DNA from: Candidatus Hydrogenedentota bacterium
GTDB lineage: Bacteria; Hydrogenedentota; Hydrogenedentia; Hydrogenedentales; SLHB01
DNA length: 64,000 nucleotides
Assembly (NCBI GenBank): GCA_045863295.1
Contig: BTWA01000006.1
Span: 32,001 to 96,000, forward strand
Direction: 5' to 3'
Part shown: positions 8,471 to 17,418 of the stretch, in pieces
Layout: every line of letters starts with the position of its first letter
Numbering within the stretch: the stretch's first letter is position 1
Made by a program: the position numbers and the translations under genes
Notes under the pieces: generated by a model
Database searches by the model: none
The model's input: only the letters and a program-made list of their open reading frames with translations
What the model was told of the DNA's origin: nothing

Positions 8471-8499
8471 ATATTATCAGGGCCAAGTGAGAAAGTCAA
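8471..8499 (-). promoter_or_regulatory. Sigma70-type promoter of the 53-aa gene
   Basis: Minus strand TTGACT-N17-TAATAT with an extended -10 TG. Confidence 0.65.
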
Positions 8500-8516
8500 T
8501 CTATTCGAATGCAGCA

Positions 8517-8582
8517 TGTTTGATGTCGTCTTTATGGCCTTAACCTGCTGTGGTTTGGCTTGACGCTCTGCTCAGGTGTACT
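8517..8582 (+). ncRNA. Putative crRNA-like regulatory RNA (scaRNA-like): pseudo-spacer plus solitary degenerate repeat 8547-8582
   Basis: GCTGTGGTTTGGCTTGACGCTCTGCTCAGGTGTACT is 28/36 identical to the array repeat; preceding 12 nt TGGCCTTAACCT are identical to 8449-8460. Confidence 0.6.
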
Positions 8583-8638
8583 GCAAAGCGCGTGCATATC
8601 TCAGTTCGAGATTGCACGCGTTTTTGCTCGCGCAGAAA

Positions 8639-8983
8639 TCAAAAAAACTGCATCTGCTCCGGAGGTTCTTCTGCAACGCGCCGCTTTTTCCCGATAAAGA
8701 TTTCCATTTTTGCGAACTGCTTGTCGGTGACCGCCAACAGTCTAACATGCCCTTCGGGAGGCAGGGCCAACCTCACCCGTTTTCGATGGACTTTGGCCGC
8801 CTCTTCGGACGGGCAGTATCGCGCATAGACCGAGAACTGCATCATTTGAAACCCGTCCTTCAGCAATTCGTTTCGGAACTGCGCGTACTTTCTTCGGGCA
8901 TCTTTGGTGGTGACGGGTAGATCAAAGAGGGCGAACAGCCACATGCCTTTGTATCCCGAGACTTCGAATCGTTGTTGGGTCAT
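8639..8983 (-). CDS. cas2: CRISPR-associated endonuclease Cas2 (type II)
   Basis: MWLFALFDLPV...FRNELLKDGFQMMQFSVYAR...LPPEGHVRLLAVTDKQF. Confidence 0.97.
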   Translation of the reverse strand: MTQQRFEVSGYKGMWLFALFDLPVTTKDARRKYAQFRNELLKDGFQMMQFSVYARYCPSEEAAKVHRKRVRLALPPEGHVRLLAVTDKQFAKMEIFIGKKRRVAEEPPEQMQFF

Positions 8984-9200
8984 GGGAACCCATATTCAGT
9001 TTCGGTCACCTGCCTAAATCTAGCCATCTGCTGCACCGCAGGGCGACCCAACTTTTTGTGCAGGAGTAAGGTTCACCCTCTCCCAAGCCACTGTTTGGGA
9101 GTGAGCCAAGTCGGATTAGCACAGCATCTGTGCCATGTCGAGTATTCCTTCTGGCGTTGATTCGTGTCTCGCTCAAAGTTGAATTGGACGGTGAACCACG

Positions 9201-10091
9201 TCAGAGTTCTGGCAGAATCAGCGTCCTTCTCTTTCCAAGGTAAACTTTTGCCAAGGACGATGCCGTGCGATTCAATATGTCAAAGAGGGTTCTTTCTTCG
9301 CCTTTGATCGTAAAGCGCTGGATGAGCGCGGCCACAATGACACGTTTGGCTTCGGTGTCGAGTTGCTGTTCCATTCCTTCCCTGCTTTGAACCAATTCGA
9401 CCACGGCTTTGTCGACAAGCGGTCGAAACGGTTCCATGAGATCCGAGGCGAGCGGAAAATTGTCGTAACGATTATGGTGGTGTAACCCAAGTCCCGGGTG
9501 CAGTCCCGCCGCGCAAATGGCGCGTCCAGTGGTGGCGCGGAGAACGCCGTAGCCGTAATTGAGATAATTATTTTCGACTCCTGCTTCCGCTCCGCGTCTA
9601 AATTCGCGGTTGCCGAAGAGTTTTTTCCAGTAGCGTACCGCCGCTTGAGCTTCCTGGTTATCTGGATCGCCGGAACGGACACGGGGAACCAAGGCTGTAA
9701 GGCCTGCGTCGTCACCGTGCATCGCAAGTAGTAGTCGAGACTGAGCACCTATTTTGGCGCGCACTAATTGCCGCCATAGTCTTTTTCGAACGGAAAGTCC
9801 TGACTCTGCCTGTTTGGAAAAGCGTTCAGACTGCAAATGGTGGCTCTGCAAAGGCAATAATATTCCGACTGGCGAGTGCCGACCATCGCACACAATACAG
9901 GATGAACCCTTGGCCATCAGACCGGCCAGTACTGCACCCGTAATTGTTATATGCGGATGGCCGAGCACTAATACACCTACTTCATCCAACGGCGCTTGGG
10001 AGGTAAGCGATTGTTGTTCGACTATCAACTGATCGTTGTGTACCTTGACCTTACCTGACGCGTTGGCAATGTCAATTATTCGATTAGTCAT
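9201..10091 (-). CDS. cas1: CRISPR-associated endonuclease Cas1 (type II)
   Basis: SGDPDNQEAQAA, NNYLNYGYGVLRA, GLHHHN and LASDLMEPFRPLVD motifs. Confidence 0.97.
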   Translation of the reverse strand: MTNRIIDIANASGKVKVHNDQLIVEQQSLTSQAPLDEVGVLVLGHPHITITGAVLAGLMAKGSSCIVCDGRHSPVGILLPLQSHHLQSERFSKQAESGLSVRKRLWRQLVRAKIGAQSRLLLAMHGDDAGLTALVPRVRSGDPDNQEAQAAVRYWKKLFGNREFRRGAEAGVENNYLNYGYGVLRATTGRAICAAGLHPGLGLHHHNRYDNFPLASDLMEPFRPLVDKAVVELVQSREGMEQQLDTEAKRVIVAALIQRFTIKGEERTLFDILNRTASSLAKVYLGKRRTLILPEL

Positions 10092-13000
10092 TGGAGTGTC
10101 GAAGCGCTCCTAACGGCGAAACTGAAAGTTTGCGCGATGAGCGTCGTCTAAGCGCGTTCAGGCGAGGCATCTCCCAGCCTCCTGAAGAAATTATCTCCTT
10201 TTTCAGTCTAGCGTCAACGAGCCCAGCAAGGCTGACACGATCCTTCGAAATCCCTCTCACTAATGCCAAAGTAGTGGAACCATCTTCCATATTCATTTGC
10301 AGCACGTCTCCAATCGCCAAGCTCATGACAAACCGCCTTCCCTCGCCGTGATCTCGCTGAACGATGGGCTGCTTGTTTCGAAGCCGCTGCAGAGCCGTGT
10401 ATTGATCGACAATGATGTCTTCCCACTTGGGTTCGCCTTTTTTGTCGAGCACCTCGATGATTTCCATGTGATGGTTTGACGCGGGCACGACGTGGCGGTT
10501 GCGACCGGTTTGTCCAATCTGAAATGTTGAGGCACGTTTCCGGATTCTCACGCGTTTGATAGGGACCGAGCCGCCGGCTTTCCGAGAAAGTTTGGGTAAG
10601 TTGTCTTTGTCTGCGAATGCTTTCTTGGTGTCGTCTGTTCCCAACTCGAGCAACTTCTGCTTTACGGCGTCATATACAGCGCGGTCGACAATGGCCTCGA
10701 CCTCATTCGCGCTGATACCGTCGATGGGCTTACGGACATGCACGCAAGGTTTGCCTTCTTCATCGACGTATATTTTGCTGTACAGCGTTTCCTCATGGAG
10801 GGGTCCGCTAACGCGTCGTGAGACTCGATGGGACACGATCATGGAGGCAATGGCGGTCTGGACATCCTGCAGAAATGTATTCCATGGGATTTCCATTTTC
10901 TTCCACCATCGGCGCATTTGCTCGTCGCCGCCTTTTTTCGCGGCGTCGCTCAATTGTTTGAGTGTTCGCGTATCGGTGAGTGCGATGGCGATGGCATCAA
11001 TCGCGTGGTGGCGGTGGTCGTCGCGCGACTTCCGGGGGCCGTCCGAGAGAATGCGGTTTAGATTCCATGCGTTGCGCAAGATGGCAGTGACCTCTCCCCT
11101 GCCCGGTTGAACGCGCTTCTTCCCGGCTGCGTCGACGATTCCGCCATAGAGCAAGCCCAGAAACCGGGAGGCGATAGTGGACACGTAGCGAGTATCGCTA
11201 AGTTGGCGGTTGGTGAACGAGTCGAGGCTTTCAAGGGACTTCATTTTGAAGCGGCGCAGTTTGGCTTCGCGCGCGTCGCCTTGAAAACGTCCTACGCGGG
11301 TGATGATAGCGTCCCACTCTGGAGACTCTCCGTAGGCCTCCCATGGAGTTTTGTTACGCTTTCTGTTGCGGTTCTCCTCGTGATAACAGAGGGTCTTGTT
11401 CATAAACGAGTCATCAAGGCATCGTGCAAAAGGGAGTATGTGCTCTACATCGAACTGTGATTGCTCTCCGATGAGATTATTGATGCCGATGGATTTGCCG
11501 GTGTAGGGGCATTCCCACCCGCATTCCTCGGCCAGGAGGATGCGTTCGATATCCTCTCGGCTTGGATGGGGGTTGCCGGTTTTCTTATGGATTTGTGCGG
11601 CGGCGGCCTCGCGTTGTTTTTGGCGTTGGCGGTTCTTCTTCCAGGCTTCTTCCCGTTTTTTTCGGGGCTTTTTCATATCGCGCGCGAGTTCGATCCTGAT
11701 TAAATCGGGTTTTCCATGTTCGCGAATGATGGCGTTGACCACTTTGCGCAATTCGGTAAGGGTGCGTTGCACCATGGGGTTGCGAAGGACAATTCCTGAG
11801 TCTTCAAGCATAGGAAGCGCGGTCAAGGGGCGATCCTCGAATCGTTGTGAGCCGTATTCATTCTTGATCGCGGTCTGGAGGAATTCCCCTTGTTCCAATC
11901 TTGGGACGAGCTTAGCGAGTGCTTGCCGGGAAAACCGGCTGTAGCCGGGTTCCAATCGGATTTGGGCCAGATCCTCAGCGGTGTCCGAGTCGAGCTTCCA
12001 GCGTTTGATGCCGCGAGATTTCAATGTTTCCTGTTTGACCGTGCTCAAGATCTCTTCCACGAGTTCGTTTTGTTCCCGGGGTGGCATTTGCAGCCAGCGT
12101 TCGCCGAGAATGGCGTGCAGTTTTGCGGCCGTTCGGTTGCCGGGCAGCTTTTCCTCGCCCCCGGCCTCCAGATTAAATTTGGTGGTCTTCTTGAGCTTCA
12201 AAAGCGTTCGAATAGCGGAGAATTTGGCGTCTCCTTGAAAACTCAACTTTGAAATGATGGCCTCGCGCTGTTCCGCCGTGAGTGGAATCGTCTCGCCGTC
12301 TTCCAGAATGCAAAGATCGTTGATTCGCTGCAGCATGCGAATTTTTTGCGAATCCAGAATGGCGATAGGGGCTCTCTTTCGTCCGAGTTCCAATTCACAT
12401 TGACCGATGAGATTTTTTTGCGATTTCAAAGGCCGTTGGCGAAAGATGCATCGATATATCTCTTGTTTTGCAGCCTCGGATAACAAATCGGGATGGTGTG
12501 CCATCTGCGCATTCCAGATGGCATCAAATTCGGCTTTGTACATGGCACGAGAGGTCCAACGGCTGCGGATTCGGGATTCGTGTGGATTCAGTCCCGCGAA
12601 GTATTCACCCAGCGTTCTCGCGCGGGCCTCGTTCATCATGGTTTGGAGCTGAGAGATTCCTTCCTTGACCTGTCCTTCTTCTTCATCGTCCTTGGCCGTT
12701 GATTTCCGATTGGTCTCAAACCCGCGGCGGTGCCCCAAGTGATAAATGGCGCGGCCAAGGGCGTGGGCTTTAAGAGGATGGTCTAAAGCGCGTGCGCGGA
12801 GGAAGTAGGGCAGTTGATCGAGCAGGTTTGAGTCGATGCCTATCGATTTATACGAATCGTAGAGTTGGGCATCTAGCGTCTTGAAAAATTGATGCCTGGC
12901 CATATGATCGCGGATATCGCCTGACGGGAGCAGACCCATACGTTGCAGCGCGGCGGCAGTCTTGGCCATTCGGCGTCTGCGACGGTCGGCCTGCTTGCGT

Positions 13001-13209
13001 TGTTGCCGTGCCTCGCGGCGTTTGGCGTTTCGTGATTCGTCTTTGCCTTGTTCAATGTCCTGTGCTGTGCCGTCAACGCCGGGATCAAAGACTCGGGCGC
13101 CAGAGCGTATCAGCCGAGTGGGTTTTCCGGCTGCGTACTCGATTAGTGCCCAACCGACTGAGTTTGTGCCCAGATCAAGCCCAAGCACCATTTCGTTGTT
13201 TGTGCCCAT
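10084..13209 (-). CDS. cas9: Type II-C Cas9 endonuclease, 1041 aa
   Basis: RuvC-I LGLDLGTNSVGWA; Arg-rich bridge helix; RuvC-II IRIELARD; HNH CPYTG...DVEHILP...DDSFMNK; RuvC-III HHAIDA; no csn2 or cas4 in the locus. Confidence 0.98.
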   Translation of the reverse strand: MGTNNEMVLGLDLGTNSVGWALIEYAAGKPTRLIRSGARVFDPGVDGTAQDIEQGKDESRNAKRREARQQRKQADRRRRRMAKTAAALQRMGLLPSGDIRDHMARHQFFKTLDAQLYDSYKSIGIDSNLLDQLPYFLRARALDHPLKAHALGRAIYHLGHRRGFETNRKSTAKDDEEEGQVKEGISQLQTMMNEARARTLGEYFAGLNPHESRIRSRWTSRAMYKAEFDAIWNAQMAHHPDLLSEAAKQEIYRCIFRQRPLKSQKNLIGQCELELGRKRAPIAILDSQKIRMLQRINDLCILEDGETIPLTAEQREAIISKLSFQGDAKFSAIRTLLKLKKTTKFNLEAGGEEKLPGNRTAAKLHAILGERWLQMPPREQNELVEEILSTVKQETLKSRGIKRWKLDSDTAEDLAQIRLEPGYSRFSRQALAKLVPRLEQGEFLQTAIKNEYGSQRFEDRPLTALPMLEDSGIVLRNPMVQRTLTELRKVVNAIIREHGKPDLIRIELARDMKKPRKKREEAWKKNRQRQKQREAAAAQIHKKTGNPHPSREDIERILLAEECGWECPYTGKSIGINNLIGEQSQFDVEHILPFARCLDDSFMNKTLCYHEENRNRKRNKTPWEAYGESPEWDAIITRVGRFQGDAREAKLRRFKMKSLESLDSFTNRQLSDTRYVSTIASRFLGLLYGGIVDAAGKKRVQPGRGEVTAILRNAWNLNRILSDGPRKSRDDHRHHAIDAIAIALTDTRTLKQLSDAAKKGGDEQMRRWWKKMEIPWNTFLQDVQTAIASMIVSHRVSRRVSGPLHEETLYSKIYVDEEGKPCVHVRKPIDGISANEVEAIVDRAVYDAVKQKLLELGTDDTKKAFADKDNLPKLSRKAGGSVPIKRVRIRKRASTFQIGQTGRNRHVVPASNHHMEIIEVLDKKGEPKWEDIIVDQYTALQRLRNKQPIVQRDHGEGRRFVMSLAIGDVLQMNMEDGSTTLALVRGISKDRVSLAGLVDARLKKEIISSGGWEMPRLNALRRRSSRKLSVSPLGALRHSND

Positions 13210-13228
13210 GGTACGGTCTGCTCCCCGC

Positions 13229-13256
13229 TTGACAATCCACTCTGGTTATGTATAAT
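13229..13256 (+). promoter_or_regulatory. tracrRNA promoter
   Basis: TTGACA-N16-TATAAT, 7 nt before the anti-repeat. Confidence 0.8.
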
Positions 13257-13262
13257 AGGGGT

Positions 13263-13373
13263 CAGTATACCTGAGCGGAGATTGTCCTCCAAATCACAGT
13301 AAGGACTTTCAAGTCCGCGGGCAACGTCCTACGGGACGTCCATTGCGCCTCCCTGTTGGGGCGCTTTTTTTTT
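13263..13373 (+). ncRNA. tracrRNA
   Basis: Anti-repeat 13264-13300, whose first 20 nt are the perfect reverse complement of repeat nt 17-36; then AAGG and nexus GGACTTTCAAGTCC, hairpin ACGTCCTACGGGACGT, GC hairpin and T9 terminator. Confidence 0.92.
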
Positions 13374-13490
13374 GTTGGGGAGCGTGGGTTGGCAAGGGAT
13401 TGGGTTTTGGGTCCAGTGTGTCTTTTGGGCTGCATGGGTGTTTAGAGACTTCGCGTGGGCAACTTGTGAGATTCATGTCTACTTGCAAGG

Positions 13491-13646
13491 GGTGAAAGGG
13501 TTGGCGTTCAGTGGGGACTGAAGGAACGTGAATCTCGGGCAGAGGCGCAGGGATGTGGCCCGGTGGATCGCCGGCGTGTGCAGAATTCTGCGGCTGCACC
13601 GTTTGACCCTGTTGTGGTCTGGGGAGAATCTCCGCTTACATACACG
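13491..13646 (+). repeat. Direct repeat copy B (right flank) ending in a solitary degenerate type II repeat (13611-13646, 30/36)
   Basis: Aligns with 6615-6760; GTTGTGGTCTGGGGAGAATCTCCGCTTACATACACG. Confidence 0.9.
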
Positions 13647-13817
13647 GGGAAAGTGTGCGGTGAGCCGTTTTCTTGAACAGTAACCGTTCTGGTCGCGTTT
13701 GGTGTCATGGTCTGAAGTCATGCCACACCCCTTGGGAAATCAACGCACGGCATAGAGCCCTTGGCGGAATGCTCAGACTGCATTTGCTAGCCGCGTGCTG
13801 CGTCTTTGTTTGAGTGG

Positions 13818-14213
13818 CTATTTCTTCTGTGCGAATTTCGCGCTGCGTTCGGCGACGAGTTGGTTGATGGTTTCGTCTGCGGGGCGGATTTCGAAGGGTC
13901 CGACTTTTACGCCGGGGTGTTTGGACATGAGTTCGATGGCGTGGTTCATGTCGCGGGCTTCGAGCAGGAGGATGCCGCCGAGGACTTCCTTGGTTTCGGA
14001 GAAGGGTCCGTCGGTGATTTTAATTTCGCCGTTTTTGTTGCTTAGCGTGACGGCTTTGTTGGCGAAATCGAGTGCTTCGCCGCCGAGGAAGTGTCCTCCG
14101 CGCCGCAGTTCGTCGTCGTAGGCAAAGCATTCTTCCATCATTTTTTGCGCGTCTTCGGGGGGCATGTTGGCGAAGGCGTCTTCGTTGTAGTATCCGAGGC
14201 ATACGAATTTCAT
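13818..14213 (-). CDS. YciI-family (DGPFAETKE-type) protein
   Basis: [15 protein letters not shown] motif. Confidence 0.9.
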   Translation of the reverse strand: MKFVCLGYYNEDAFANMPPEDAQKMMEECFAYDDELRRGGHFLGGEALDFANKAVTLSNKNGEIKITDGPFSETKEVLGGILLLEARDMNHAIELMSKHPGVKVGPFEIRPADETINQLVAERSAKFAQKK

Positions 14214-14358
14214 GGGGGCACCTCTTCGATTGTCGGGTTTCTTGGGCGCTGAGCGTCCCTGGTTGCCGTGCTTATTTGCTCATTAGTCGAACGGGCGGGG
14301 CCGAGATCGACACGGCAGAGCCGTTTTGTTTGTGGCGGCTGTTTTGTGCACGGCGTCG

Positions 14359-15348
14359 TTATCCCAGCCACTCGGGGTGGTAGGCGGTGGCGTCGTAGGC
14401 CGGGGTGGTTTTGAATCGTTCAAACTTGCCTGATTTTGCGAATTGAACGGTGCGGCTGAGGAGCGCGGCGGTTTCGGTTTCGGTCATAGGTTTGAAGTTG
14501 CGCACGGTTTCGAGGTTCTGTTCGAAGTGGGCCATGGTCTGCATGCCGGAAATGACGACGGAGGTGGGCAGGGTCATGGCGTAGTGCAGGCATTCTTGAA
14601 CGGTGACGGCATTGGTTTCGAGGGCGACTCCGCCCGCGACGGATTTCATGCCGAGCACGCCTATCCCCCGCTCCACCAACACGGGGAGGACGCCGTCGCG
14701 GAAACTCCGGAAGTGGGCATCGAGCACGTTGAGGGGCATTTGCACGGTGTCAAAAGTGAAGCCGTTGGCATCGGCGACTTCAATCATGCGGAGGTGCACG
14801 GCGGGGTCTTTATGTCCGGTGAATCCGATGTACCGGATCTTCCCTGCTTCCTTCGCGGCGTAGAGGGCTTCCATGGCGCCGCCTTCGGCGAAGATTCGGT
14901 CGCCGTCGTCCATGCGGATCATTTCGTGGTGTTGCAGGAGATCGATGCGATCGGTCTGGAGGCGTCTGAGGCAATCATTGAGTTGGGATTCGGCGGAGGC
15001 CTTGGTGCGGCCGTCGATCTTGGTCATGAGGAATACCTTGTCGCGCAGGGGACCTTTGAGGGCTTTGCCCATGCGTTCTTCACTGCCGCCGGCGTGGTAG
15101 TCCCAGGAGTTGTCCATGAAGTTGATGCCCGCGTCGATGGCGGCGTGGATGATACTGATGCCTTCGGCTTCATCGGGCACGCCGATGTGGTAGCCGCCGA
15201 GGCCGAGGAGCGAGACGCGTTCGCCGGTGCGGCCGAGGATGCGGTATTTCATTTCGCCTTCGGCGCCTTCGGTCTGCGGTACGGCCATGGCGTGACTGAT
15301 GGTTATTCCTGTGGCGGCCGTGGCGGCCAGGAATTCGCGGCGATTCAT
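14359..15348 (-). CDS. Aldo/keto reductase with Tat signal
   Basis: MNRREFL twin-arginine; YRILGRTG, GINFMDNSWDY, LQTDRIDLLQHH and GKIRYIGFTGH motifs. Confidence 0.92.
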   Translation of the reverse strand: MNRREFLAATAATGITISHAMAVPQTEGAEGEMKYRILGRTGERVSLLGLGGYHIGVPDEAEGISIIHAAIDAGINFMDNSWDYHAGGSEERMGKALKGPLRDKVFLMTKIDGRTKASAESQLNDCLRRLQTDRIDLLQHHEMIRMDDGDRIFAEGGAMEALYAAKEAGKIRYIGFTGHKDPAVHLRMIEVADANGFTFDTVQMPLNVLDAHFRSFRDGVLPVLVERGIGVLGMKSVAGGVALETNAVTVQECLHYAMTLPTSVVISGMQTMAHFEQNLETVRNFKPMTETETAALLSRTVQFAKSGKFERFKTTPAYDATAYHPEWLG

Positions 15349-15612
15349 GGGATGTGTCCTCCTGAAGTCGAGGTATCGCGGTTCAGCGGCAGTGTATCAC
15401 AGAGAGGCGATGCCGCCGGTACGGAGTTCTCGGCGTCTTTCGCTTCATTACGTTTTCGTAATCCTTTCGGGAGTCTGCTCTTCACGTTCGTAGTGTCCAA
15501 TGGTGATGTGGCCGGAAGTATGGGGCCGGGCATTCCTGGTAGTACGAGTCGTGAAAGGAGTCTAGCCGCGCGCATTCGGGGTTGAGTGGTGCGCGCCGGG
15601 AAGGGAGGCGTT

Positions 15613-17346
15613 ATGCGTATGCAATCCAGAAGTCGCGTTGTTGGAGCGTTGATGCGTTGGACGTTTCATTTGCCGCACGGGGCGGCTGCGTTGCTGCTGG
15701 CCGTGGTGTTGTCAGGGTGTCCGATGACAACCGAGCGATCGCTTGCGAACGCGGGCGATGAATCCGAAGATGTGGTTGTGACACCAGCGCCCGAAGACGG
15801 GGAAACCCCGGAACATTTGAACAACGGTGGCGGCACACCTCCGCCGAACAACGGAGGTGGCACACCTCCTCCGAATAATGGTGGTGGCACACCTCCGCCG
15901 AACAATGGTGGTGGCACACCTCCGCCGAATAACGGTGGCGGCACACCTCCTCCGAACAACGGAGGTGGCACACCTCCTCCGAACAATGGTGCTGGCACTC
16001 CTCCGCCGAACAATGGTGGTGGCACTCCTCCGCCGAACAATGGTGGTGGCACTCCTCCGATGGGTGTGGATCCGCGTTCGCAACTCATGATCACGGACCT
16101 GCGTGTAGTAGAGGATCCAGTTCGAACCAATCCTGCCTCGGGAGATCAGGGCGTGTGGACATTTAAGTACTTGATCGAGCAGATGGCCGGGACTCGCAAT
16201 CCTTCGGCGTTCGCACTGGAATGGTTGCGTCTGTGGGAACAGGACCAGGTTGTCAACGGGCGCACTTCTTCGGCGCGTCCGTCGATTCGACCACGCGTGA
16301 TTGATCCATGGATGCAGGTGAGCGGTGGAAGCCAACTCGATCTTTCGTTGGCCCCATTCAAGCTGCTGGCGATTGTAAATCGAATCGACTTACGCGAACA
16401 TGACGGCACAACGGTGGTGACGGGTGGCGAAGGGCGATTTGTGTTCGGCGTTTTGGCTCCCGATGGAACTCCCCTGCTGCCGGCAGCGGGTTCGGGACGA
16501 AGCGGTTTCCTTGTCATCTTTGAATATGAACTTCCGGCGACGACGATGGACGGGTTGCGCGATTGGGCGCTGGCGTGGCGGGGACTGGGATCGTCTCCCC
16601 TGGGTTCGCCGGAGTACAACGCGGCGTTGGAGCAGATTACGCGCAGATTCAGCGATCGAGGCAGTGCGCTGGGCAAGCCGAACGGCAATGCACTCAACCA
16701 GATTCGAACGAATGAAATAGCATTGCGCGCGCCGTGGGAAATGCGGGAATTTGTAATCGATGGGACATCGGGATTTTTGCGGCAGACGACAGTGGCGTTG
16801 ACGCCCGATACGATTGAACTCAACGGTACACAAGCGTTCGCCGACCTGATCAATGATGGCGAGGCGGACATTTTGGCAGGGACCGGCCAACTGTCTCCGG
16901 ATGCATTTGCGGCTTCGTCATTGGTGGGCCCATTTCGCGAAGGCGATTTTCCGGACTTCGCCGATCGGACGTATACGATTCTGCCACTGGCAAACGGGCT
17001 TTTTGATGTGGCGTGGAGCGCAGCGGGAATTGTGAACAACGATGCGCGTCACGAGTTTGCCCTGAATACGTGCAGTGGGTGCCACCGCGCGGAAACGCGC
17101 ACCGGGTTTGTCATGGTCGGTTTTCCGGCGGATCATACCCTGCCGGAGTCGTTAGGGAGGCCCGCGGCGTTGTCTGGATTCCTGCGTGGTGTGGCTGTGC
17201 CGGATCCGGTGGAGCCGGAGACCGTGCGGCACTTCGCGGATCTGCAACGCCGGAAGCTGGAGTTTGAAGCCTTGCTGGCAAGTTTTGGCGAACAAGGCAG
17301 CGGCCCAGGACCCCGAGGCGAACACCGCCCCCGTTTTGTGCACTGA
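15613..17346 (+). CDS. Lipoprotein with NNGGGTPPP repeats and a C-terminal CxxCH-containing domain
   Basis: GGGAGG RBS; lipobox [36 protein letters not shown] and NTCSGCH motifs. Confidence 0.8.
   Translation: MRMQSRSRVVGALMRWTFHLPHGAAALLLAVVLSGCPMTTERSLANAGDESEDVVVTPAPEDGETPEHLNNGGGTPPPNNGGGTPPPNNGGGTPPPNNGGGTPPPNNGGGTPPPNNGGGTPPPNNGAGTPPPNNGGGTPPPNNGGGTPPMGVDPRSQLMITDLRVVEDPVRTNPASGDQGVWTFKYLIEQMAGTRNPSAFALEWLRLWEQDQVVNGRTSSARPSIRPRVIDPWMQVSGGSQLDLSLAPFKLLAIVNRIDLREHDGTTVVTGGEGRFVFGVLAPDGTPLLPAAGSGRSGFLVIFEYELPATTMDGLRDWALAWRGLGSSPLGSPEYNAALEQITRRFSDRGSALGKPNGNALNQIRTNEIALRAPWEMREFVIDGTSGFLRQTTVALTPDTIELNGTQAFADLINDGEADILAGTGQLSPDAFAASSLVGPFREGDFPDFADRTYTILPLANGLFDVAWSAAGIVNNDARHEFALNTCSGCHRAETRTGFVMVGFPADHTLPESLGRPAALSGFLRGVAVPDPVEPETVRHFADLQRRKLEFEALLASFGEQGSGPGPRGEHRPRFVH
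15820..16059 (+). repeat. 27-bp coding tandem repeat, 9 copies (NNGGGTPPP)
   Basis: AAYAAYGGNGGNGGCACWCCTCCNCCG units with synonymous variation. Confidence 0.95.
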
Positions 17347-17360
17347 GTAGTGAAAATCGA

Positions 17361-17397
17361 AAGACCCCGTGCTGCCCGAGTGGCGGCACGGGGTCTT
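17361..17397. terminator. Hairpin between convergent genes (likely bidirectional terminator)
   Basis: AAGACCCCGTGCTGCC...GGCGGCACGGGGTCTT. Confidence 0.75.
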
Positions 17398-17418
17398 CAT
17401 TAATTCAAATTGTTGCGG

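Noticed and set aside
13581..13610. Sequence before the 13611 and 6735 solitary repeats as guides against the cas9 promoter or cas1 (TGACCC, TTGACCTT matches)
   Set aside because: Matches are only 6-8 nt, too short to support targeting.
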